DNA of 64,000 nucleotides from Haliotis rubra (lineage: Eukaryota), in the NCBI RefSeq assembly GCF_003918875.1, contig NW_025765247.1, forward strand, positions 62,001-126,000, given 5' to 3'. Shown here piece by piece: positions 26,212 through 38,200 of the stretch. Each line of letters starts with the position of its first letter. Within the stretch, counting starts at the first letter, position 1. Both the position numbers and the translations under genes were made by a program. The notes under the pieces were generated by a model. It searched no databases. It was not told where the DNA came from and saw nothing but the letters and a program-made list of their open reading frames with translations.

Positions 26212-29200
26212 ATGGTCGTGAAAATGAATCCGATAACTGGAAATATCAGTGGGTCAGATACTGACCAGCAAAGGATGACAACCCAGGAGGGGGTTCACTG
26301 GTCACTTTCGGACAGCGAAGCGTCATATGTGAACGTAAGGAAGGATGGGTCAGATACTGACCAGCAAAGGATGACAACCCAGGAGGGGGTTCACTGGTCG
26401 CTTTCGGACAGCGAAGCGTCATATGTGAACGTAAGGAAGGATGGCACTGAACACAGTAAGTTAAAACATGTTTGTATATTTTTGTCTCAGACAAGTGGCC
26501 TTTAATTATCTGTGTTGGTGCCGAAAGATGGCAATATATGCATTATAAACAAACATTCAAGGTGGAGTTGTCAGCGGTGTCCCCGACGACGTGTTGTGTC
26601 CTTTATGAATGTGAATATTTTGGATCCCGACTTGAAAAGAGTAGATGAATAGCTGTTTGAGTCATTCTTATGGCACGGTAATATATAACCGGGGTCCGTT
26701 TCAAAACTCTATCACAACTCAGTGATGTAGTATGTCTGTGCTACAGTACATGATTATCAGTAGACCGAGTGCTGAGACTGTATTCTGAATAGGGCCATGG
26801 GCATGCCAGTGTTAACTTTATGAGAGGGACTTTCAATAAGAAGGTTTTCATTTCAACGGCAGGTAGGATGTGGGTATTACCGGCCTTCGTTTCGCTGCAT
26901 TCAAACATGTTTCCTATCAGTATAAAGACTAAGTGTAAATCCTTGCCACAGGATTAACATCCACAATATGCTGAATACTTCACAGGATAAAAGCGCCGAT
27001 CGTACTTCTCGACGTTCCTCCACGTTTAATCGAAAGTTGTCATTGTTGACAGATGTTCATATAAATAATGCTGTTATTGCACTGTGACGTACATAGGTCA
27101 CGTGAAACTTTAAGTCTTGGAGTTTTTATGTAGCGTTCGATGCTTTCCCCGGAACACATAAATCCATTGTTGTGTTCACCATCATATCAACAAGAGAAGT
27201 TGCAGCGTAATCAGAAATTGTAACATATTGCATGAACAATAGCTGTTTTACACGAGGGTGGCATTACAGGTTACTTGAGAGCGGCATTACCAGTTACATG
27301 AGAGCTGCACTACAAGTCAGGTTACATGAGAGTGGCATTACGAGTCAGGTTACATGAGAGTGGCATTACGAGTCAGGTTACATGAGAGGGACAGTACAAG
27401 TCAGGTTACATGAGAGTGGCATTACGAGTTACATGAGAGTGGCATTACAAGTCAGGTTACATGAGAGGGACATTACAAGTCAGGTTACATGAGAGTGGCA
27501 TTACAAGCCAGGTTACATGAGAGTGGTATTACAAGTCAGGTTATATGGGAATGACATTACAAGTCAGGTTACATGAGATTGGCATTAAGAGTTACATGAG
27601 AGTGGCACTACAAGTCAGGTTACATGAGAGTGACATTACAAGTCAGGTTACATGAGATTACAAGCGGCATTACCAGTTACATGAGAGTGGCACTACAAGT
27701 CAGGTTACATGAGAGTGGCATTACAAGTCAGGTTACATGAGAGGGACATTACAAGTCAGGTTACATGAGAGCGGCATTACCAGTTACATGAGAGTGGCGC
27801 TACAAGTCAGGTTACATGAGAGTGGCATTACAAGTCAGGTTACATGAGAGGGACATTACAAGTCAGGTTACATGAGAGTGGCGTGACAAGCCAGGTTACA
27901 TGAGAGTGGTATTACAAGTCAGGTTATATGGGAATGACATTACAAGTCAGGTTACATGAGATTGGCATTAAGAGTTACATGAGAGTGGCATTACAAGTCA
28001 GGTTACATGAGAGGGACATTACAAGTCAGGTTACATGAGAGTGGCATTACAAGCCAGGTTACATGAGAGTGACAGTACAAGTCAGGTTACATGAGAGTGG
28101 CATTACAAGTCAGGTTACATGAGAGTGACATTACAAGTCAGGTTTCATGAGAGTGACATTACAAGTCAGGTTACATGGGAGTGACAGTACAAGTCAGGTT
28201 ACATGAGCGCGGCATTACCAGTTACATGAGAGTGGCACTACAAGTCAGGTTACATGAGAGTGACATTACAAGTCAGGTTACATGAGAGAGGGCATTACAA
28301 GTCAGGTTACATGAGAGTGACATTACAAGTCAGGCTACATGAGAGTGACAGTACAAGTCAGGTTACATGAGAGGGACATTACAAGTCAGGTTACATGAGA
28401 GTGGCATTACGAGTTACATGAGAGTGGCATTACAAGTCAGGTTACATGAGAGGGACATTACAAGTCAGGTTACATGAGAGTGGCATTACAAGCCAGGTTA
28501 CATGAGAGTGGTATTACAAGTCAGGTTATATGGGAATGACATTACAAGTCAGGTTACATGAGATTGGCATTAAGAGTTACATGAGAGTGGCATTACAAGT
28601 CAGGTTACATGAGAGGGACATTACAAGTCAGGTTACATGAGAGTGGCATTACAAGCCAGGTTACATGAGAGTGACAGTACAAGTCAGGTTACATGAGAGT
28701 GGCATTACAAGTCAGGTTACATGAGAGTGACATTACAAGTCAGGTTTCATGAGAGTGACATTACAAGTCAGGTTACATGAGAGGGACATTACAAGTCAGG
28801 TTACATGAGAGTGGCATTACGAGTCAGGTTACATGAGAGTGACATTACAAGTCAGGTTACATGAGAGATTACAAGTCATTACATGAGAGTCAGGTTACAT
28901 GAGAGGGACATTACAAGTCAGGTTACATGAGAGGGGCATTACAAGTCAGGTTACATGAGAGTGACATTACAAGTCAGGTTACATGAGAGTGGCATTAAAG
29001 TCAGGCTACATGAGAGGGACATTACAAGTCAGGTTACATGAGAGTGGCATTACGAGTTACACGAGAGCGGCATTACAAGTCAGGTTATATGGGAATGACA
29101 TTACAAGTCAAGTTACATGAGAGCGGCATTACGAGTTACATGAGAGTGGCATTACAAGTCAGATTACATGAGGGTGGTATTACAAGTCAGGTTACATGAG

Positions 29201-32200
29201 AGTGACAGTACAAGTCAGTTTACATGAGAGTGACATTACAAGTCAGGTTATATGAGAGTGGTATTACAAGTCAAGTTATATGGGAATGACATTACAAGTC
29301 AGGTTACATGAGAGTGGCATTACAAGTCAGGTTATATGAGAGTGGTATTACAAGTCAAGTTATATGGGAATGACATTACAAGTCAGGTTACATGAGAGTG
29401 GCATTAAGAGTTACATGAGAGTGGCATTACAAGTCGGGTTACATGAGAGTGGTATTACAAGTCAGGTTACATGAGAGTGGTATTACAAGTGAGGTTACAT
29501 GAGAGTGACAGTACAAGCCAGGCCACATGAGAGCGGCATGACAAGTTACTTTACGACTCACTACTTGGATATACAGTCTTCGAATGGCGGATGATACCGG
29601 TAGGGCAGGACACCTGGTGTCATCACTGACTTTGTTTTGTCAATTCACACCATTTTAACAGCTATTTTCCCCTCTGTACCAAAAGGATATGGGGATGGTC
29701 AAGATGGGGTATTGTTTTGCACTGGGGTATAATGTTTAAAACACTGCCTCATAATTGAGAGATTAAAATTTCTCATCTTATAATATCGTTTCATTCTGTT
29801 TTGCTTTGTTCCAGAACGTGGTACTTTCGCTGAGATCGGGATCACTCTTAAAGTAGGAAATTTGGCAATAGTAAAGGTATGAGGGTTGAATCTGACAATT
29901 GGTAATTTCACAAATATTGCTCTGTTTATCACATCTCTTTATATACCACTACATCATATAATTAATGTCTTGCTGGAATATTGCTGAGTACGACGAAAAA
30001 CTAACCTCACTCACTCACTATTTAATGTCTTGGGTCATTCAGAGTTTGTTTTGAATGTGACGTGTATTGGTGTATTATCGCTAACACATAATATAAACCA
30101 TGCATAACCAGTGAGTTATTCTTCATCACCAGGCGGATGTGATTGTCAACTCTACAAACACAGAGCTCGACCTGTCAACATCGGCCATGTCCAGGGCTAT
30201 TGTCAGTGTAGGCGGTGCTATTGTACAGATGCAGTGTAAGGAGCTCTTTCCCCGGGGTATGAAGAATGGTGACGTGGTGCAGATACGAACGTATGTTGGC
30301 AAACTCCGCTGCAAGGAGTTGCATCACTGTTGTCTTCCAATTTATAAACCGCAACAGCGCCATGAAGAGGTAACGTCAACGACGCAGCTTTTGTACAGCT
30401 TTGTATATCAATCTCATCTTCTGCGATACAAACTGTCAAATTTGTTTCTGTAACATCAGTGGTAATGTGTCATGTGTCCTGTCATTAGCACAGCTGTGTG
30501 GTGTGTGCCTGTGGCTAACACCAGTTGTAGTGTGTCATGTGTCCTGTGGCTAACGCCTGTCGTAGTGTGTCATGTGTCCCTGTGGCTAACACCAGTCGTA
30601 ATGTGACACGTGCCCCTGTGGCTAACACTAGTGGTAATGTTTCATGTGTCCTGTGGCTAACATCCATGGTAATGTGCCATGTGTCCCTGTGGCTAACACC
30701 TGTCGTAGTGCGTCATGTGTCCCTGTGGCTAACACCAGTCGTAGTGTGCCATGTGTCTCTGTGGCTAACACCAGTCGTAATGTGACATGTGTCCCTGTGG
30801 CTAACACCAGTGGTAATGTGACATGTGTCTCTGTGGCAAACACCTGTCGTAGTGCGTCATGTGTCCCTGTGGCTAACACCAGTCGTAATGTGACATGTGT
30901 CCCTGTGCCATACACCTGTCGTAATTGTACAGCTTTTGTACAGCTTTGTATCAATTTCATCTTTTGCGATACAAACGGTCAAATCTGTTTCTGTAACGTC
31001 AGTGGTAATGTGTCATGTGTCCTGTCATTAGCACAGCTGTGTGATGTGTGCCTGTGGCTAACACCAGTCGTAATGTGTGATGTGTCCTGTGGCTAACACT
31101 AGTGGTAATGTTTCATGTGTCCTGTGGCTAACATCCATGGTAATGTGCCATGTGTCCCTGTGGCTAACACCCATGGTAATGTGCCATGTGTCCCTGTGGC
31201 TAACACCTGTCGTAGTGTGTCATGTCTCGCTGTGGCTAACACTAGTGGTAATGTTTCATGTGTCCTGTGGCTAACACCAGCGGTAATGTGTCATGTTTCC
31301 TGTGGCTAACACCAGTCGTAATGTTTCATGTGTCCTGTGGCTAACATCAGTGGTAATGTGCCATGTGTCCCTGTGGCTAACACCTGTCGTAGTGTGTCAT
31401 GTGATGGTTTGGCTAACACTAGTGGTAATGTGTCATGTTTCCTGTGGCTAACACTAGTGGTAATGTGTCATGTGTCCTGTGGCTAACACCAGTTGTAATG
31501 TGTCATGTGTCCTGTGGCTAACATCAGTTGCCATGTGTCATGTGTCGCTGTGGCTAACACCTGTCGTAGTGTGTCATGTGTCCCTGTGGCTCACATCAGT
31601 GGTAATATCCCATGTGTCCCTGTGGCTAACACCAGTCGTAGTGTATCATGTGCCCTGTGGCTAACACTAATGGTAATGTTTCATGTGTCCTGTGGCTAAC
31701 ATTAGTTGCAATGTGTCCTGTGTCCATGTGGCTAACACCTGTCGTAGTGTATCTTGTGTCCTGTGGCTAGCACTAGTGGTAATGTGTCATGTGTCCTGTG
31801 GCTAACACCAGTGGTAATGTGTCTAGTGTCCTGTGGCTAACACCAGTGGTAATGTGTCATGTGTCCTGTGGCTAACACCAGTGGTAATGTGTCTAGTGTC
31901 CTGTGGCTAACACCAGTGGTAATGTGTCATGTTTCCTGTGGCTAACGCTAGTGGTAATGTTTCATGTGTCCCTGTGGCTAACACTAGTGGTAATGTTTCA
32001 TGTGTCCTGTGACTAACACTAGTGGTAATGTGTCCTGTGTCCTGTGGCTAACACCAGTGGTAATGTTTCCTGTGTCCTGTGGCTAACACTAGTGGTAATG
32101 TGTCATGTGTCCTGTGGCTAACACCAGTGGTAATGTGTCATGTTTCCTGTGGCTAACACTAGTGGTAATGTGTCATGTTTCCTGTGGCTAACACCAGTGA

Positions 32201-35200
32201 TAATGTGTCATGTGTCCCTGTGGCTAACACCAGTGGTAATGTGTCATGTGTCCTGTGGCTAACACCAGTGGTAATGTGTCATGTTTCCTGTGGCTAACAC
32301 CAGTGGTAATGTGTCATGTGTCCTGTGGCTAACACCAGTGGTAATGTGTCATGTGTCCCTGTGGCTAAAACCAGTGGTAATGTGTCAGGTGTCCTGTGGC
32401 TCACACCCGTGTTAATGAGCAAAATGCCCTGTACTAAACCCACACTGTGATTTATCCTTGCCATGTGATTTGTCAAGGTGTCGATTATACCTGTGGCATT
32501 GAGATGTACTTCCCTGAAGTCACCCCGCCTTAAGGTAATGCGTTAATTGTCCTATGATTACCACATCATTGTTCATGTGTATAATGTCCCTGTGTATAGG
32601 GGGCAGTGGCGTAGCCTAGTGGTTAAAGCGTTATTTCGTCACGCTGAAGACTCGGGTTCGATTCTCCTCATGGTTACAATGTGTGAAGCCCATTTCCGGT
32701 GTCCCCCGCCGTGATATTGCTTGAATATTGCTAAATGCAGCGTAAAACTACACTCACTCACTCCTGGGTACAGGTGTTACGTCGCACAATACATCAGTGT
32801 CTCCAGAAAGCATCTCAAGCAGGACGCAGCACCATAGCATTCCCAGCTCTTGGAACTGGAGTCAGGAACTATCCGCCTCACACAGTGGCAGATGTCTTCA
32901 GAGAAACCATTTGGGAATACATACAACAAAACCCGACTTCTCTCAAAGAAATCATGGTCGTCATCTTTCATAAAGATACAAATATACTTAAGGTAAGTCG
33001 TGTATATTTAATTGTTCTGTACAATAAAACCACGTTCATCTGGATAACATGCTTTCCTTGCGACTATTGTTAATTATACCTGCATACAGTGGACTATACT
33101 CCGTTATTATTATTCATTAATACAGACATGAATTGTTATTCTAAAACTGATTGAACCTTACTTTTGAAATTACATGAAATATTCAGCACCATTTACCGTC
33201 AGAAAATGACATGTTAATTGCTTGTGTGGTAACAGGTAAATAAACAAAATACAACAGAAAATATATATACACCTTTTTCATCGGCGTAAAAAGGTATTTC
33301 AAGACACGTTTGACGGAGATGTTCGATACAGACGATCTACAACCCTAAAACAAGAGCAGATGACGGGTAAGTTTCTTCATAACAGTACAGTTCACTATTA
33401 CTCACCTTCAAATTTGTTGGATGACGGTATTGGTTGTAATATTATCTCTGTCTTATCCGTTGCCTTTGAACTTAGCCCAGTGTCATTGGTTTGGCGTGAG
33501 TCTCATCTATGAGGCAGAGATGTAATTACCATACCAAGACATAGGTTCATTCAACAATAAGTCAGAGATTAGATTGTGGAGCTTCAGCCGAATGTCAAAG
33601 CTTCGAATTAAGACTTTCCCCCATTGTACGTGCGCAGGATCAATTCCTTTGTTTTTAAACCCTTTGTTTTCAGAACACGCCGGCTTTTGTTCCAGAGACC
33701 CCTGTTTCAGAGCTTCCATGTTTCTGAATACATTGATTCACAGTCTCTGTGTCCCAGAATTAATCGATTCACAGTCTCTGTGTTCAAGAATGCATTGATT
33801 CACAGTCTCTGTGTTCCAGCATTTATTAATTCACAGTCTCTGTGTTCCAGCATTTATTGATTCACAGTCTCTGTGTTCCAGCATTCATTGATTCACAATC
33901 TGTGTTCCAGCATTCATTAATTCACAGTCTTTGTGTTCCAGCATTCATTGATTCACAGTCTCTTTGCTTCAGAATCCATTGATTCACAGTCTGTAAGTTT
34001 CAGAATCCCACTTTTCAGTTCCCCATGTTTCAAAGTCTTCGTGTTTCAGAGATTCAATGTTTTAGAGATGCTGTGTTGCAGAAAACCACGTTTCAGACCC
34101 TCCATGTCTCAGAAGCCCTTGTTTCAGAATCCTTGTTATCTCAGCGTCCCTTTTGGGCCAGAATGCCCAGTGTTTCAAGGTCAATCCTATTTACGTTATG
34201 TCTCTGTGTTTCAGAGTTCTTCCACGGCAACGTGCAGCTGGAAGTGAAGCACGGGAACATCCTCAGTGAGTGCGTCGACGCCATTGTTGTCCCCACAGAC
34301 ATCATGGAGGCATCAGGTGAGTAACACCACCCCACCCTCAAGGGTCGATGTCCACTGACCACTGAATTACCATGGACAAGACCATTATAGACAAATAAAT
34401 ATGCAAATGGTACATTTAGGATTATTCATTACCATCATATGATAAGCTTCTTTATATTAACAGACCCGTGAAGATACGGGGTAGAATAGGTCTTCAGCAA
34501 CCCATGCTTGCCACAAAAGGCGACTATGCTTTTAAGAGGCAACTAACGGGATCGGGTGGTCAGGCTCGCTGACTTGGTTGACACATGTCATCGGTTCCAA
34601 ATTGCGCAGATCGATGCTCATGCTGTTGATCACTGGATTGTCTGGTCCAGACTTGATTATTTAAAGACCGCCGCCGGAATATCGCTGAAGGCTGCGTAAA
34701 ACTCAACTCACTCACTCACTCTTTATATTAATAATGACAACATACATTTGTATCCTTGTATAAACACTGCAGGAGGTGGTGAATGGTTTGTTTTGGTGTG
34801 TGGTCCTGTGCACTGATCCAAGGTCACCAATAAGTTAAACTTGAGCAAGGTTGGTCACGAGTCCTTGGATGGTTGATCGTGTTAGACAGTCAGACTCTTG
34901 AGAGTTTCTGGGACTATCCTGCCCCACAACCAAGCACACGTGGCACATGTCTCACCCTAGGAAAGTGAATATGTTGCCACTGTTCACCAAGTACTGAGTG
35001 GTACCCGATGTGATGAGGCTATGATTGGCTATCGTTCTAGCGCCTCACAGATGGGTGTGAAATATGGGAGTTTGAAAACTTAAGTATTCCGAAAAATATC
35101 CATTTAACTTTTTTAAGGAAATTACTTACATATAGGGCAAGGAAAAGTAAACCATTATATATGATTTATGCATAGACAGGACGAAGACCACTCTCTATTG

Positions 35201-38200
35201 TTATATATACTAAAATGATATACTCCTGGGCGAGATTAATCACAGGAATATACTCAAAGCTGGCAAACATGCTACTGCATATTTCATCAAATAATACATC
35301 TAATAACAAATGGCTATCATGTATCGAAGACATACTAATAAAGACGGGAAATAATGATGTATGGATTAATCATGCATTTGTCAATAGGGATTGGATTAAA
35401 TGTAAAGTCAAGAATAGCTTTATAGATCTTTTCATACAAAAATGGCATTCAGATATAGAAGCATCATCAAAGGGTAGGTTTTATGAGGTTGTAAAAAACA
35501 ACACTGATACTGATTTTTATTTACAACACTTACCTGAAAAATATATATTCAATTTGTTACATTTTAAACTGTCAAATCATCGTCTTCCTGTTGAAAGTGG
35601 AGGATGGTACAATATCGATTATGATTATAGAAAATGTACATTGTGCACCTTAGATGTAATAGGAGATGAGTACCACTACCTTTTTAAAACTTTTTAATAC
35701 TTTGTCAATACTTTAACGAAATAAGAAAAAGATTTATTCCTAAAAAAGTTGATTACAAAGCCCTCAATATTTAATATGATTAATTTATTCCAGACAAAAA
35801 ATGTATCTACTTTAATAAGACTTTTGCCGCCATGTGCTCTGTAAATTCAGATAAAACTCCATCATTGTATTATTCGTGTATATGATATCAATGTATGTAC
35901 TTAACCATGTATACGCCCATATGCAATTATTATATATCTCTTGAAAACCTCATCATGCTACATTGTAGCCTTGAGTGAATAAAGTAAAAGAGAACAGACA
36001 ACTTGGGTTAACCGGAGTAATAATGCCTTCGCTTTGCGTATAATTTGTCCACTGAGCAATTTTGAGGTGGATACTGAGCGTTCTACAAATGCAGAGTGTC
36101 TGCCCAGATACCGGTGCACCGTGTTTAACTGAAAGACGTTAAACAAGGACTAGACTAAGTCGGCTCGGTATTAATATAATGTAAGGGACCAGCGATAAAT
36201 CCAGTAATGCAGAAACAGCAACCCAAAAGAACCAGAAAGAAGGTTACCTTCCAAAAAAAACTTAGATTGTTCTCCGAGTCAGACATGAAGTAATTCACTC
36301 AAGCCTGCCGTAACCAACAATGGTTAATACGAATTTATGTTTTCCTCCCTGAGATTTGTACCGTCTATCAAAACCTTCTACCACAGGCCAGCGAGGTGTG
36401 ACGATTTGTTCTATCTTGTACAGTCAAGTCAACAGTATTGTTTTCATCTTTGTCAAGTCCACATATTTTGACAAATATATGTCATAAAATAAAAATATAC
36501 CATCAAATGTGAAAAAAAACCCTCCATGTGCGTAATATTTAATCTCGGTTTAAAACTGGCTGTAAGCCCCTTTTCACTTCGTTTTTGCATGTGTGCTGTG
36601 CTATGTAAATACATATATGTATCTCCTTGTATAATCCAAGTATATTTAAGCAATACTCTCAGGAAGTTTACTGACCGCATGGCTTGCACTTCATACATAT
36701 CTGGGTACAAGTAACCTCCTTTAATTTTACGTTAGAGTCGAGCTTGAAGGCTACGGGAGCCATGATACTGCCTCTGCCCAAACCTCCAGCAAAGACCGTC
36801 ACCACCCCGCGGCAGCCTGTGAAGTACAGCTTGTGGAAGCAGATCAGCAAGTGTCTGTGTAAAGCTGACCGAGACAAAGCAATGTCGCTCGCCATAACAT
36901 ACCAGTCTGGTGAGCCATTAGATATCATTCCTGTATGTGGTGAGAAGGAATCGTTTATGCGTCCTCGCGTTTTATAAATTTACTTTATCTATAAATCAGT
37001 TGAGAACGATACAATACGTTTTGGCACGATACGAGAGAATGTAACCTCAGTGTTTCGACTCTAAATCCCATGGTTAGAACTGGTCTTCAGCAATCCATGC
37101 TTGTAATAAGAGGCGACTTATAGGGTCTGGTGGTCAGGCTCGCTGACTTGGTTGACACATGTCATCGTATCCCAATTGCGTAGATCGATGCTCATGATGT
37201 TGATCTCTGGATTGTCAGGTCCAGACTGGATTATTTACAGACCGCCGCCATATAGCTGGAATATTGCTGAGTGAGGTGATTTATAATGTTGAGAATAACA
37301 TTTAGAATGTTGTGTTATTTCCATGAAGGTAACACACATGAGGATTCCTTCATCTTGGCTTTCAACAAGGCAATAATCAACAACCACGAGAAATTTAAAT
37401 GCCTCCGAGATGTGCGACTTGTCCTCAGTAACCCTGCTGCAGTGTCTGAAGCCGCACAGTTGTTCAAGGATACCCTCAGCCAAGCGGGTGTCAGAAAATA
37501 CTGTATAACGGGTATGGCTCTTCCTGTTAGTTAGCGATGGTTACCATTTTTCTAAAATCCACGAGCACGGTAATAATGCTTTCATCATATCATCTGATCC
37601 AGTCTATATTATATTATATTCGTTTTGAAGTTTTCCGTGAAGATCCGGGTTAGAATTGGTCTTCAGTAACCCATGCTTGTCGTAAGAGGCGACTAACGGA
37701 ATCGGGTGGTCAAGCTCACTGACTTGGTTGACACATGTCATCGTATCCCAGTTGCGTATATCGATATTCATTCTGTTGATCACTGGATTGTCTGGTCCAG
37801 ACTCGATTATTTACAGATTGCCGCCATATAGCTGGAATATTGCTGAGTGCGGCGTAAAACTAAACTCACTCACTCAACCGTTTTGGAGTTGAATTTTTCT
37901 TTTACCATCTTGTAATAATGCTAGCCATTTATTTTACATGTAGGTCCGTCTATCCTGTCCAAGGATTGGTCAGAGGATGTGTGGGATAACATGGACGACA
38001 GTGATGTGACCACTCCGAGGGTCATATCGGGCTCAGAAGCAGAGGAACTGATGGAGATATTCCGGAGCAGTGCCAGAAACACGTTCGATATTGTAGACGT
38101 AGGTTCTAGATGTATTCTTCTCTTCTGATTTACATGTTGGGACAGGGATGGCATAAATGTGTAAAAAGCAGCTGTACAGTGCTACGTCCCCAGCCGAGCC

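Noticed and set aside
30537-32476. Cys-rich ORFs (CVPVANTS repeats)
   Set aside because: Translations of the 35/36-bp intronic minisatellite; the frame shifts with unit length.
34773-34830. Possible small exon of gene B (GGGEWFVLVCGPVH*) homologous to 16064-16120 and 57843-57902
   Set aside because: It contains a stop and has no clear donor. The flanking exons are both phase 1, so skipping keeps the frame. Left out of the model and unresolved without RNA data.
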